Below are positions 19,088 through 29,800 of a stretch of DNA of 64,000 bases, one piece after another. Every line of letters starts with the position of its first letter. The first letter of the stretch is position 1. Position numbers and translations under genes: made by a program. The notes below the pieces were generated by a model, which ran no database searches, had not been told where the DNA came from, and worked only from the letters and a program-made list of their open reading frames with translations. The stretch is from Candidatus Hydrogenedentota bacterium (lineage in GTDB: Bacteria; Hydrogenedentota; Hydrogenedentia; Hydrogenedentales; SLHB01): positions 32,001-96,000 of the forward strand of contig BTWA01000014.1 in assembly GCA_045863295.1 (NCBI GenBank), given 5' to 3'.

Positions 19088-21777
19088 GTCAGGCTTTTTT
19101 GGAACTTGTTGAAACGGCCAAGGATGCCAGTCGCCCGGTCAAGTTGGATCGAACCAATTGCGTTCAGGCCACCCGCCAATTCGCCGCCTCCCGATGGCAG
19201 GAAGTCCAAGCCCGCCACAATGCAGGGGAATCGGGAGCCAATGTCGTCCGGCTGCTCTCCGATGCGGCCGACGAAATCGTGAGGGGCGTATTGCATCTCG
19301 CACTCACCAACGTGCCGCAGGGGCGCAGCCTTTTGGGACACATTGCGTTGTGCGCTTTGGGTGGCTACGGTCGCGGCGAGTTAAGCCCGCACAGCGATTT
19401 GGACGTGTGCCTGGTGTACGAAGGAAAACTGGACGACCGCCTTAAAGATCTAAATCAACAATTGATCACCCTCCTGTGGGATTCCGGATTCTCGGTGGGC
19501 TATACCATTCACAAAATAAGCGAAGCACGGGATCTGGCCAAAGAAGACCTGACCATATTTACTCGGTTTCTGCAAAGCCGCCTGATTGCCGGTGACAACA
19601 CCGTGTTTGCCCGCCTGAAATTGACCATCAACGAATTGCGCACCCGCGCATTCACCGAATACTTTCTGGAACGAAAAGTACGCGAGCGATACGACGGCCT
19701 CGAGGAAGCCTATACCGACTTGTACGCGCCTGAACCGCACATCAAGGAAAGTGCCGGCGGACTTCGCGATGCCCACACCGCGTTGTGGCTTCTCATGATG
19801 GCCTACGACGTACACACCTTCGACGACGTCATCAGCCAGGGACTCATTACCGCCGAAGAACACCTTAAGTTCATGGAAGGCACGGATTTTATATGGCGTA
19901 TTCGAAATTCGCTCCATTTTCAGCTCGGTAGGGAAGAGGACCGGCTCACCTACGCCAATCAGCGCCACATGGCCGTTGCCATGGGCTACGATGACACCCA
20001 GGGTATCCCCAAGTTCATGTCCGACTACTACGGCGCGGCGCGCCAATTGCGCCACATGCTCGGAATTGCCGCCCGCATCTGCAACTTCACGCCTATCACC
20101 GTCGTGCGCGACGCGACGTCCGCGCCACCCAAGGATATCTACGTCTCGAACGGGGAACTATTCGCCGGCGTGCATGACGAAAACTGGTTTGTGCACAACC
20201 CCGTGCGCCTGATGGAAATATTCTGGCGATGCGCGCGCGACGTAGTGCGGCTCAGCCGGCACACGGAAAAACTGGTTAAACAAAACCTGCACCTTGTAAC
20301 CGAATCGTTCCAGTCCAGCTACGTCGTGCATCGGTATTTCAATGCCATCTGCAACCGGCCGCTCCAAGCCGGCTTCGCCATGCGGCAAATGGCTACCGTA
20401 GGGTTTCTCGGACAGTACATTCCAGAGTTTCGCGCCATTAAGGACATTATCCGCTACAAGGATTTTCACCACTATCCCGTGGATGAACACACGCTACGCG
20501 CGCTGGAATCCCTCGAGAAACTGCCGTCCATGGAAGGTGCCGTGGGTCGATGCCTGCGAGAAGCTTTGGAGAATCTCACGGACCCCTACATCTTGGTGTT
20601 GGCCATCCTGTTCCACGACGTCGGAAAAGCCGAAGGCGAAGTACATACCGATGAAAGTGTCGTACGCGTGCATCAGTTCGCCCGCCGTGTGGGATTGTCG
20701 GAAGACGACGAAGAACGCGTCGCATTTCTGGTTCAGCACCACTCCCTGATGACATTCATAAGTCAGTACAGGGACATCGACGACGAAGACATCGTGCAGA
20801 ACTTTGTTAATGTGATTAAAACAGAGCAACGGCTCCGGGCATTGTTTGTACTGTCGTATGCTGACTTGTCCGCCGTCGGGCCCGGTGTTTGGACGGAATG
20901 GAAAGGCGCCCTGTTACTCCAACTCTACCTGCGATCAAGTAAACGTCTGTTGGGGCGGGTGGAAACCGCAGAGGAAGACTTTTGGAATTCACCCAAGGCC
21001 ACGGCGGTTGTGGAGGCGGTGGACCCCTCATTGCGGAGCGAAGTGGAATTGCATTTGCGCGCCTTGGGACCCCGCTATTTTGTCGCCTTTCAGCCGGCGC
21101 AAATCGCGGAGCACATTCGGTGCACTATCCAGGCCAAGAGTCAGGGCTTGGCCCTGCGCAGTACTGAAAATACTACGACCGGATTGAGCGAAGTCGTTGT
21201 ATGTACCCGCGATAGGCAGGGACTGTTCGCCCAGTTGGCAGGCTGCTTTGCCTCCCAACTAATGGATATCAATAGCGCGGCACTGTTTACGCGGGACGAT
21301 GGCTGGGTTGTGGATTGTTTCACGCTGGCGGATGCCCGGACCCGAAAGCCGTTGACCAAGCTCCAAATTGGACAGTTGGAACGCGTGCTGCACGATGTTC
21401 TCATTGACAATAATGATGTCCAGGCCCATGTCGACAAGTCGCGCAAGCGCTTGTTCGCATTGTTGCAGCCACGAGTGCCGGTGCCGACCCGGGTCGAATT
21501 CGACAATCACTCGTCCAAAATGCACACTGTTATCGACATTGAAACCGGCGATCGGACCGGACTGCTGTATGATATCACCCGTGCCATGTTCAACGAAGGA
21601 TTGGACATTGCCCAGGCCCGCATCGTGACCGATGCGCGGCGCATTCGAGATTCGTTCTACGTAACGTTGAATGGCGAAAAGGTCGAGGAGGAAGAATCCC
21701 TCGCAGCGATTCAAGAAGGCTTGCACAACGCGATTCACCCACGCGCAGCCGTGGAGACCAAAGGAGAAGTGGAATGA
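19084..21777 (+). CDS. glnD: [Protein-PII] uridylyltransferase / uridylyl-removing enzyme
   Basis: NTase motif ALGGYGRGELSPHSDLD, EPHIKESAGGLRD, HHYPVDEH, HD motif LFHDVGK, and two C-terminal ACT domains (DRQGLF, DRTGLL...DSFYV). Confidence 0.96.
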   Translation: MSQAFLELVETAKDASRPVKLDRTNCVQATRQFAASRWQEVQARHNAGESGANVVRLLSDAADEIVRGVLHLALTNVPQGRSLLGHIALCALGGYGRGELSPHSDLDVCLVYEGKLDDRLKDLNQQLITLLWDSGFSVGYTIHKISEARDLAKEDLTIFTRFLQSRLIAGDNTVFARLKLTINELRTRAFTEYFLERKVRERYDGLEEAYTDLYAPEPHIKESAGGLRDAHTALWLLMMAYDVHTFDDVISQGLITAEEHLKFMEGTDFIWRIRNSLHFQLGREEDRLTYANQRHMAVAMGYDDTQGIPKFMSDYYGAARQLRHMLGIAARICNFTPITVVRDATSAPPKDIYVSNGELFAGVHDENWFVHNPVRLMEIFWRCARDVVRLSRHTEKLVKQNLHLVTESFQSSYVVHRYFNAICNRPLQAGFAMRQMATVGFLGQYIPEFRAIKDIIRYKDFHHYPVDEHTLRALESLEKLPSMEGAVGRCLREALENLTDPYILVLAILFHDVGKAEGEVHTDESVVRVHQFARRVGLSEDDEERVAFLVQHHSLMTFISQYRDIDDEDIVQNFVNVIKTEQRLRALFVLSYADLSAVGPGVWTEWKGALLLQLYLRSSKRLLGRVETAEEDFWNSPKATAVVEAVDPSLRSEVELHLRALGPRYFVAFQPAQIAEHIRCTIQAKSQGLALRSTENTTTGLSEVVVCTRDRQGLFAQLAGCFASQLMDINSAALFTRDDGWVVDCFTLADARTRKPLTKLQIGQLERVLHDVLIDNNDVQAHVDKSRKRLFALLQPRVPVPTRVEFDNHSSKMHTVIDIETGDRTGLLYDITRAMFNEGLDIAQARIVTDARRIRDSFYVTLNGEKVEEEESLAAIQEGLHNAIHPRAAVETKGEVE

Positions 21778-23228
21778 TCGGACGCAGAATCCCATTGGGG
21801 ATTGGCATGGCAGCGATTCTCGCCGTCGTGCCGGCTTTTGCCGCAACCCCCCTGCTGAAAGAAATAGAAGCCGCATTCGTCCGTATCGGTGAGGATGTAA
21901 GGCCATCGGTCGTGAATATCGACGTCGAAACCACCTCAGACGGCGAAGCCGCGGCAAACAGGCAGCAGGAGTTCGAAGACCTGTTCCGTCATTTCGGCTT
22001 GGAAGCCCCCGAAGGCCCAATGATTCCAGAGCCCGGCTCCGCATCCGGGTCCGGCTTTATCTATGACACCTCGGGGCACATCATCACGAACGACCACGTA
22101 GTGCGCGATGCAAGCGTGATCAAGGTTCGCCTGTGGAATGGCGAAGTGTTCGACGCGAAGCGAGTGGGCACAGACCCGGATACCGATGTCGCTGTCATAA
22201 AAATTGAACCAAACGGAACGGAGTTGCGGCCCGCGATCATTGGCGATTCCAACAGCCTCCACATTGGACAGTTCGCTATCGCCATCGGCAGCCCCCGCGG
22301 ATTGGAAGGCTCTTTCTCTTTTGGCCACGTGACTGGACTGAGCAGGCAGGGACTCCAACTGCCTGAAAACCTCCGCTTTCAAGATTTCATCCAAACCGAC
22401 GCCGCCATCAATCTCGGCAATAGCGGCGGCCCGTTGTGCGACATCGACGGCAGGGTGATCGGCATCAACACGGCCATCGTATACGGCGCTGACTCGCTGG
22501 GGTTTGCCGTGCCAATCAATATGGCGAAAGACGTAATTCCATCGTTGATCGCAAACGGAAAAGTATCGCGTGGGTTCTTGGGCGTCAACATGTCCGATGT
22601 CGAACAGGCCGTTCAACGTCCGGAAAACGTAAGCCTGGAAGATGTGCTTGAGGCATTGAAGCTACCGGATAAAAATGGCGCGTATGTTCAAGAGGTCATT
22701 CCCGAGTCTCCAGCGGCAAAGGCCGACATCCAACAGGACGACATCATTCGCAAAGTAAACGATCAGTCCGTTGCAGGTGCAGCCGACCTGCAGAAGAAGA
22801 TTGCGGCGATCCCGCCCGGCACCGCCACCCGTATCGAAGTGTGGCGAAACGGCGCGCCACTGCAGTTGGAAGTAAAACTCGAAGAGTATGCCGGAAACGT
22901 GCGACTGGCCCGGGCGGGAAAACCCGTTCTAGGTATGCGATTCCAGGAACTCTCGCAGGAAATGGCAAAACGCGTGGGATTGGAAGAAGGCGAGACAGGC
23001 CTTCTCGTGATTGATGTCGAAGAAGGGTCGCCAGCAGCCACAGGTGAAATAACCGCAGGCGACATTATTACGAAAATCTCCGATCAGGCTGTCACCACCG
23101 TGGAACAATTCCGCAAACAGGTGAACGAGTTGGGCGAACCCGGTAAGTCCCTCTTCCTGCGCGTCACCCGGGCCGGCGGCCGTTCCGTTCCCAAAGTCAT
23201 TCTGATGCCGGAGGCACAGAGCGAATAA
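21774..23228 (+). CDS. degP: HtrA/DegP-family serine protease with two PDZ domains
   Basis: Signal peptide, SGSGFI, TNDHVV, TDVAVIK, IQTDAAINLGNSGGPL and two PDZ domains. Confidence 0.95.
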   Translation: MIGRRIPLGIGMAAILAVVPAFAATPLLKEIEAAFVRIGEDVRPSVVNIDVETTSDGEAAANRQQEFEDLFRHFGLEAPEGPMIPEPGSASGSGFIYDTSGHIITNDHVVRDASVIKVRLWNGEVFDAKRVGTDPDTDVAVIKIEPNGTELRPAIIGDSNSLHIGQFAIAIGSPRGLEGSFSFGHVTGLSRQGLQLPENLRFQDFIQTDAAINLGNSGGPLCDIDGRVIGINTAIVYGADSLGFAVPINMAKDVIPSLIANGKVSRGFLGVNMSDVEQAVQRPENVSLEDVLEALKLPDKNGAYVQEVIPESPAAKADIQQDDIIRKVNDQSVAGAADLQKKIAAIPPGTATRIEVWRNGAPLQLEVKLEEYAGNVRLARAGKPVLGMRFQELSQEMAKRVGLEEGETGLLVIDVEEGSPAATGEITAGDIITKISDQAVTTVEQFRKQVNELGEPGKSLFLRVTRAGGRSVPKVILMPEAQSE

Positions 23229-23243
23229 TCGAAAAATGGGTGT

Positions 23244-23278
23244 TGCCGTCGGCCAGTTGTATGGTCGGGCCGACGGCA
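23244..23278 (+). terminator. GC-rich stem-loop after degP (terminator or processing hairpin)
   Basis: Perfect 11-bp IR TGCCGTCGGCC/GGCCGACGGCA with a 13-nt loop. No clear U-tract. Confidence 0.45.
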
Positions 23279-23307
23279 CATTACCCAACTACGGATAGGC
23301 GCGAAAC

Positions 23308-23775
23308 ATGGGTGAATCTGCAGCCCCAGCCGTAGCCGAACGCGAGTCCGTTGCCAGAACGACAGGGCAGACCCGTCTGATAGCCTGCTTGATGTCGTTG
23401 GCGTTCCTTTCCGTTATTGCCCTATCGATGTGGCTCACCCCGGACAAACGCGGTTACGGCACCCACGAACAGCTGGGAATGCCCCCTTGCGGCATGATGT
23501 ACTGGCTCGGGGTCCCCTGCCCCATGTGCGGAATGACTACAGCCTTTACCTTCATGGCCCACGGAGAGATCTCGAACGCCTCTCAGACCCAACCTGCCGG
23601 AGCAGTGGGGTTCGTCGCCTGTTGCCTGTTGGCGGTCGCAGCCGCGGCCTGCGTGATCCGCCCTTCGTGGTTTTCGTATATTTTTGAAGGGCAAGCGGCT
23701 GCTTGGATGTTCCGATTTGGACTGGTTGTGGTAATGCTGGCATGGACATACAAGATCATGTATCATTTCAAGTAG
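23308..23775 (+). CDS. DUF2752 family membrane protein
   Basis: GTHEQLGMPPC...GVPCPMCGMTTAF and three hydrophobic segments. Confidence 0.88.
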   Translation: MGESAAPAVAERESVARTTGQTRLIACLMSLAFLSVIALSMWLTPDKRGYGTHEQLGMPPCGMMYWLGVPCPMCGMTTAFTFMAHGEISNASQTQPAGAVGFVACCLLAVAAAACVIRPSWFSYIFEGQAAAWMFRFGLVVVMLAWTYKIMYHFK

Positions 23776-24007
23776 CAGGGCCTTGAACCCCCCTCAAGTA
23801 CTGCCGTAAAATATTGACATGAAGTTGGGCCCGTAACGTATACATAGTTGTTGGCTTGCAGTTTGTAACGTCATACTAACGTATCTACGAGGGGGCCCGG
23901 GGAAGGGAAGCTTCCCGGTGAGTCGTGATTGTGCGTCGTGTGCCTACTCCCCAACGGCCATTGAATCGCCACCTCAGTAACGGCTAGGATTTCGAGGTTT
24001 TAGCAGC

Positions 24008-25339
24008 GTGGGTGAACATCCGATGTCGAAACAGTTTGAGCCCTTCCTGATTCTCGTCGCCGATGACGACACAATGGTCGCCGATGCCCTATCCATCGAA
24101 CTGCGAAACCGGTTTGGTTGCGCCGTGGATAAGGCGTACGACGGCCACCAAGTGCAAAGCGCACTGCTGACAAAATCATACGACCTGCTCATCACCGATA
24201 TGCTCATGCCAGGGCTCCACGGCATCGACCTCGTTTCCCTCGTCCGCCGCGAATACCCTACGGTCGATATCCTCGTTACCACCGCCTATCCCGCCGAGTT
24301 TCCATACGTCGAAGTGATTCACGCCGGCGCCTCCGACTTCATCATAAAGCCGCTGAATATGGAAGAATTCTCCGCAAAAGTCTTGCGTATGTTAAAGGAA
24401 AGGGTTACCCGGGCGGCCTTGTCGCGCGAAAGAGCCCGTATTCTCGCCGACATGGAGTCCATGCAGGAGCTACGAACGGCCCACAAGCTGGCCGAAGCCA
24501 AATATCGCGGATTGTTTGAATTGTCCATGAATGGCATGGTGATTACAGACCCCTCGACATTTACAATCCGCGAAGTGAATCAGTCTTTTCTGCAACTCGC
24601 AGGATTGTCCAAGGACCAATTGGTGGAATCGCCCTTTTTCCGGTTGGTAGACGAAACCAGCCGAAAGCGCCTCGAACAAGGCCTCGCAATTATTTCCGAG
24701 CGAGGGCAGGGCACCTTGTCAGATATCCAGTTGCATCAGTCAAATGGACATAAAATCTTCGTCGATATGAGCGTGAATTTTATCCATATCGATGGCGAAC
24801 ATTTCGTCCAGATTACATGCAAAGACGTCACCGTACAGCGCGAATTGCAGTTGCAACTCGAACGAATCGCGCAAACCGATTCGCTGACCGGGTTGCTGAA
24901 CAAAAACATGTTCCATCCCCGAATCGAAAACGCCGTCAGCAAGGCCATCAAGAATTCAGAACCGCTCACCCTGCTCCTGTTGGATTTGGACAACTTCAAA
25001 CAATGCAATGATACCTACGGCCACCAAACCGGCGACTCGCTCTTGTCGGAAATGGGGGAGTTGATACGGCGGCAGGTCCGCGGAAATGTGGACGAGGCCT
25101 ACCGTATCGGAGGCGACGAGTTCGCGATACTGCTGATCAAAGCCGGTTCGGAAATCGGCATGAGAGTAGGGGAGCGCATTCGAAAAAACTTCATGGATTC
25201 AAACCGCTACGGCACCTCTCTCAGCATCGGCATCTGCGAACTTCAGAACGGTATGGATGCAGCCAACTTCATCAAGTCGGCGGATCGTGCCCTCTATGAT
25301 GCAAAGTCCGCCGGCAAAAACACGATTCGGATGCTGTAA
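24008..25339 (+). CDS. Diguanylate cyclase (REC-PAS-GGDEF)
   Basis: REC domain (VADDD...TDMLMP...KP), PAS, TDSLTGLLN, DLDNFKQCNDTYGH, RIGGDEF and ADRALYDAK. Confidence 0.95.
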   Translation: MGEHPMSKQFEPFLILVADDDTMVADALSIELRNRFGCAVDKAYDGHQVQSALLTKSYDLLITDMLMPGLHGIDLVSLVRREYPTVDILVTTAYPAEFPYVEVIHAGASDFIIKPLNMEEFSAKVLRMLKERVTRAALSRERARILADMESMQELRTAHKLAEAKYRGLFELSMNGMVITDPSTFTIREVNQSFLQLAGLSKDQLVESPFFRLVDETSRKRLEQGLAIISERGQGTLSDIQLHQSNGHKIFVDMSVNFIHIDGEHFVQITCKDVTVQRELQLQLERIAQTDSLTGLLNKNMFHPRIENAVSKAIKNSEPLTLLLLDLDNFKQCNDTYGHQTGDSLLSEMGELIRRQVRGNVDEAYRIGGDEFAILLIKAGSEIGMRVGERIRKNFMDSNRYGTSLSIGICELQNGMDAANFIKSADRALYDAKSAGKNTIRML

Positions 25340-25395
25340 AAACCGGATACGCAACGTTCCTTCGTCGAACATGTCCAAAACGTTGCAGCCATATC

Positions 25396-25432
25396 CCGGA
25401 TATTTCACGGCTTCGTTCAACTAACTGTGTAA
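25396..25432. repeat. Intergenic 37-bp dispersed repeat, copy 2
   Basis: Identical at 30/37 positions to 9078-9114. Confidence 0.7.
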
Positions 25433-25524
25433 CAACAATTCAACTGGCCTGTTGCCAAACTGGCGCACTTACAGTGTGCACGTGATATATCCTCAGCGTT
25501 TCAAGCTTTAGGTATTCTGTGTGA

Positions 25525-25589
25525 GCATTTTGCACCACGGAGACTGTACTTCAGTCTTCTACGCACGATTTAAGCGTGGTGCAAAATGC
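25525..25589. repeat. Perfect 15-bp inverted repeat enclosing an inner hairpin
   Basis: GCATTTTGCACCACG (25525-25539) pairs with CGTGGTGCAAAATGC (25575-25589). Inner hairpin AGACTG-tactt-CAGTCT at 25541-25557. Confidence 0.8.
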
Positions 25590-25649
25590 GGGCTATCCCC
25601 AAGCCCAGATCCCGATCCGCGTTGAAAACCGACTAGAAAGGAGAGTGAT

Positions 25650-26546
25650 GTGCCGGTAGTGCTCGAGGCCGTTCTACCGGTATTCATCGCCGCGGCGGTA
25701 GGGTTCGCCATTCGAAAGCGCGTTTCGATCGATGTAAAGACGCTCTCGGTACTTAATATCTACGTATTCATCCCCTCGCTCGTATTCGCCAATTTATCGC
25801 GTCAACCCATAACCTGGGAACTATTTGGAAAGATTGCGGTCGGCGCGGCGGCCATTACGGGATTACTTACTATTGCCCACACCGCCGTGGCCCGGCTGCG
25901 TCACATGACTCCCGCCATGACCAGTGCGTTCATGCTCACCATGTTCCCCAACCTCGGCAATTTCGGACTCCCCGTCTGCAAATTCGCCTTTGGCGATTCC
26001 GGTCTGGCGATTGCCGTGGTGGTCATGGTTTGCGGCAGCTTCCTCCAAAACAGCCTCGGCGTATTCTTCGCCGTACGAAGCCGACATGGCCGAAGCAACT
26101 CACTCCTGCAAGTTCTTGCATTTCCGATGGTCTATGCATTCGTCGCGGCATTGCTCGTTCAACGTTCAGGAGTGCCAGTTCCCGACATTCTCATCCGCCC
26201 CATCGACTTGCTGGCAGACGCGGCAATCCCTGTTCAACTCGTCCTGCTGGGAGCAAAAGTCGCCGAGACACGCCTGTTTATGAACACGAACATGGCCCTG
26301 GCCTGCAGCCTGCGCCTGATAGTCTCCCCCCTGATCGCCATAATCCTGACCCATTTCATCGGGCTGGAAAACCTCGCGGCAAGCGTATTCATCGTCCAAA
26401 TGAGCGGACCCATCGCCGTGGGCATGGCCGTCTACGGCGTCCAGTTCGACGTCGAACCCGGCTTCCTGGCCTCCGCCGTTTCCTGGTCGTTTCTCTTCAG
26501 TCTGCTCACGGTCAGCGTTATACTTTTCATACTAATGCGCGTCTGA
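25650..26546 (+). CDS. AEC (auxin efflux carrier / malate permease) family transporter
   Basis: About 10 TMs, with VFIPSLVF, FPNLGNFGLP, AAIPVQLVLLG and RLIVSPLIA. AAGGAG RBS. Confidence 0.9.
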   Translation: MPVVLEAVLPVFIAAAVGFAIRKRVSIDVKTLSVLNIYVFIPSLVFANLSRQPITWELFGKIAVGAAAITGLLTIAHTAVARLRHMTPAMTSAFMLTMFPNLGNFGLPVCKFAFGDSGLAIAVVVMVCGSFLQNSLGVFFAVRSRHGRSNSLLQVLAFPMVYAFVAALLVQRSGVPVPDILIRPIDLLADAAIPVQLVLLGAKVAETRLFMNTNMALACSLRLIVSPLIAIILTHFIGLENLAASVFIVQMSGPIAVGMAVYGVQFDVEPGFLASAVSWSFLFSLLTVSVILFILMRV

Positions 26547-26727
26547 CGGCAATCCTATCAAAGCCTAATTCGGGCACTGTCCTGTCATTGACCATCAGTT
26601 GGACACTATCTGTCCGGTTTTGATACGGTTGCCTCCAGTTCCGTAAAGTCAGCCTTGGGAATTTCTCTTGTTTGTGGCTAATTAACTCCTTGTGTCGCAA
26701 TGTTTTCGGACTTTCGAACCACTTTGA

Positions 26728-26743
26728 TGGCACATGAGTTGCT
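26728..26743 (+). promoter_or_regulatory. sigma54 (-24/-12) promoter for the 2142-aa surface protein
   Basis: TGGCAC-ATGAG-TTGCT is a perfect consensus match, 72 bp before the start codon. An IHF-like site lies at 26683-26695. Confidence 0.75.
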
Positions 26744-26815
26744 CACTGGACAGAAGACGGGGGACCACATCCTACGGTTGTGGAACACCTTGGGCTTTAG
26801 ACAGGAGACACGTAT

Positions 26816-29800
26816 TTGCGCAACGCCATCAATTGTACTTTACGCGAATACCGTATCGGCCGCTCCCTGGTCTGCGCTACGCTGCTGGCCTTGATTGTTT
26901 TACCCAAGGGGTTCGCCGTGGGCCTTACGGACGAGCGAGCTTATGAAGTGCGTCCGGTACGCCTCCACCCGGAATCGAACAACAACTCTCTCTACTACGA
27001 GATGGCGGACTTCGACCAAGGCCTCTGGTTCGTGGGAGACGAAGGTTCTGGCACCCTTCGTAAGAGCGATGGTTCATATTACGGAACCGTTCAGTTGCGC
27101 GACCAGAACAATAATTTTGTACAGGGTGGCCCTCGGTACCTGACTCCTGGCGGCAACGAGAAGCTCTTTTTCAATGCCGACCGCAACAGTTGGGGGCGTG
27201 AACTCTGGTTTTACGACATCACCGATCCTGACGATCCCCAATTCACCGCTCTTGAAAGCTGGAATGACGGAAGTAGCGATCCCAGAGAACTCACTTGGGT
27301 TGGGGACACTCTGTTTTACACCGCGCGCCAACACAGCGGATCAGAGCCCGCCCGCATTGTCTGCCGCACCAGCGGCGCGAATGTGGTCAAGACCCCGAAC
27401 ATTTGGGTCGATGACTACTTGCAAGGGACTACAGCGACTGGATTTCGCGGCGCCTTGTTCAGCCAGAACACGACCAATGCGGTTTTTTTCCGGGGATTCG
27501 AGACCGCCACCGGTCACGAACTGAGATATGCCACCGTCTGGGGCGATTTTGCCACCTATGATCTCAATCCCGGTACCGGCGATGGATGGCCAACCTTCAT
27601 AACGGGGTTCTCAAACAGGCCCTATTTTCTCGGATATCATCCGACGTACGGTAACGAACTCTTCACGATTTTCAACGTGAATATTGGTCCCGCGATTTAT
27701 GCCGATACGATACCCGGGCCGTCAAACAGCAATCCCTGGCAACTGACCGTGGGTGGGGGATACCTGTACTACGCGGCCGCGTCCACAGTCAGTACGGGAG
27801 ACCTTTACAGAACTAATGACGGCGGCACCACAAAACTTACCGGGGTCAATTCCTCGTCGAATGACCCCAACAACAATCGTGATCCGCAACAGCTTGTCTA
27901 CCACGGAAACAAGCTGTGGTATGAGGCAACCCACAATACCAACGGAAATCGGTATCTGTATCGTATGGCGGATCTCTCGTTCATCGGTTTTGCAGGATCG
28001 GCTCACCCTGAACTGAAAAATCCAAAATACCTGACCCCGCTCGGGTCCTATCTTTACTGCGTAGCTACCGGCGAGAATGGCCGCCGAATATACAGGATAA
28101 ATACATCGAACGATGCTGTTACCTATGTCCGATTGCGAGACGGAGATGTCGACTACAATCCCTATGACCTCAAAGTGGCCAACGGCGTTCTCTACTTCAA
28201 GGGAAAGCGATCCACGGATCCATGGCCGACCCTATTCGCTGTACATACCGATACCACGGCGCCGTCCATCGATTATATTGACCAGCAATCGCCCGTCAAC
28301 AGCAATCTGACTACAGTAACCTATCGCGTGAGATTTAGTGAGTTAGTAGCCGATTTGACGGTAAACAACTTTTCCCTGCTTAGTAACGACATTCAAGGGG
28401 CCGGGATTTCCGGGATTCGCCTGTACAGCACTGGCGACCCCTACAACAGGGAAACCTACGCGCAAACATTCCTGGTGGATGTTCAAACAGGATCAAATTC
28501 CGGCACCCTGCAACTAATCCTCGACGATACGCCCCAGATCAGGGACAAACGGAATAACTTTTATACGGGAACCAATACAGGACCTGTCTACACCCTCGAC
28601 AAGGTGCTTCCGGCCGTGGAGAGTATAACGCCTGCGACCGATCAGCAAACCCAGGAGTCACAACTGACTTTCGGCGTTCAGTTCTCTGAAAACGTGAAGG
28701 ACGTGGACGCAGGCGATTTCCAATTGACTTTCGGCGGCGGACTCAACGGCAGCATCGGATCGGTGACTTCTGCCTCTGGAAACGCTCTAGACAAAAATTG
28801 GACCATTGTCGTCAATACCGGTGGAAGCGGAACGGTGTTGCTGGCTGTGAGTTCAACCAATAACATAAAAGATGCAGTCAATAATGCACTCGCAGGTACG
28901 GGAACCAGTGCCATCTATACAGTAGACAAGGACAATCCCGTCATCACCGTCGAAGGACCCAGTGTAGACGTCGTATCTGACCAGGATTCGGTAAATTGGC
29001 TACTCACGTACGAAGGAGCCACGGACGTAACGCTGGACGCCGATCTACATCTTCAGTTGGTTTCCATTAATCCATCCGGCGGCTGTACTGCCAGCAGCAT
29101 TGTCATCGAGGAAGTCAGCGATTCGCAATACAGGGTGACGCTGAGCGATTTTAGTGGCAGGGGACAGCTCGGATTCGACATTGCGGCGGGTTCCGCGGTT
29201 GATGGCGTGGGCAATCCTGCGCTTCCATTCTCAATGCCTGGGGCACAATTCGTGCGAGTGGACAACCGCATTGAAACTCAACTGGAATTACTTCCGCCGC
29301 AGCCCGCTCAGTTGCCATTCGGCGAGACGGTCACGCTCTCAGGAAATCTGGATGTAGGCGCATTGCCAATTACGTTTATCGTCGTGAACAGGCCTCCCGG
29401 CAGCCTTGCCGGACCGGAAGGCGTCAGCGCCGATGCGAATGGAGATTTCCTGCGAAGTTTTGCGCCTGACGCCGCGGGCACATGGACTATTCGCGCGGAA
29501 TTTCAAGCCGATCTGCTGGGAAATCAGGATTACCAGCCGGCGGTGAGCAATGACATCACGTTTACGGTCGTGAAAACCGATCCGCTTCTGAATATCTCCC
29601 TTTCGCACACGTCAGTTCCAGTCGGATTCGATGGTCTTCATGTTACAGGTTCGGTGCAGGGCAACATTAAAGACGTGCTCAAGTCCGCGCCGTTTTTCGT
29701 CCTGCAGGGATTGCCCGTTGAATTGACAATTCGCTTCCCTAATGGAACGACGCCACTTGCGACCTTGTCCACATTCACCACAGCCACTGGTTCGTTTGAA

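Noticed and set aside
23852..23867. sigma54-like TGGCTT-GCAGT-TTGTA before the diguanylate cyclase
   Set aside because: The -12 element is GT rather than GC, which is too weak to call.
23887..23926. GGAAGGGAAGC hairpin resembling SRP RNA domain IV
   Set aside because: It lacks the conserved CAGG...AGCAGC internal loop and long stem. It is most likely a simple leader hairpin.
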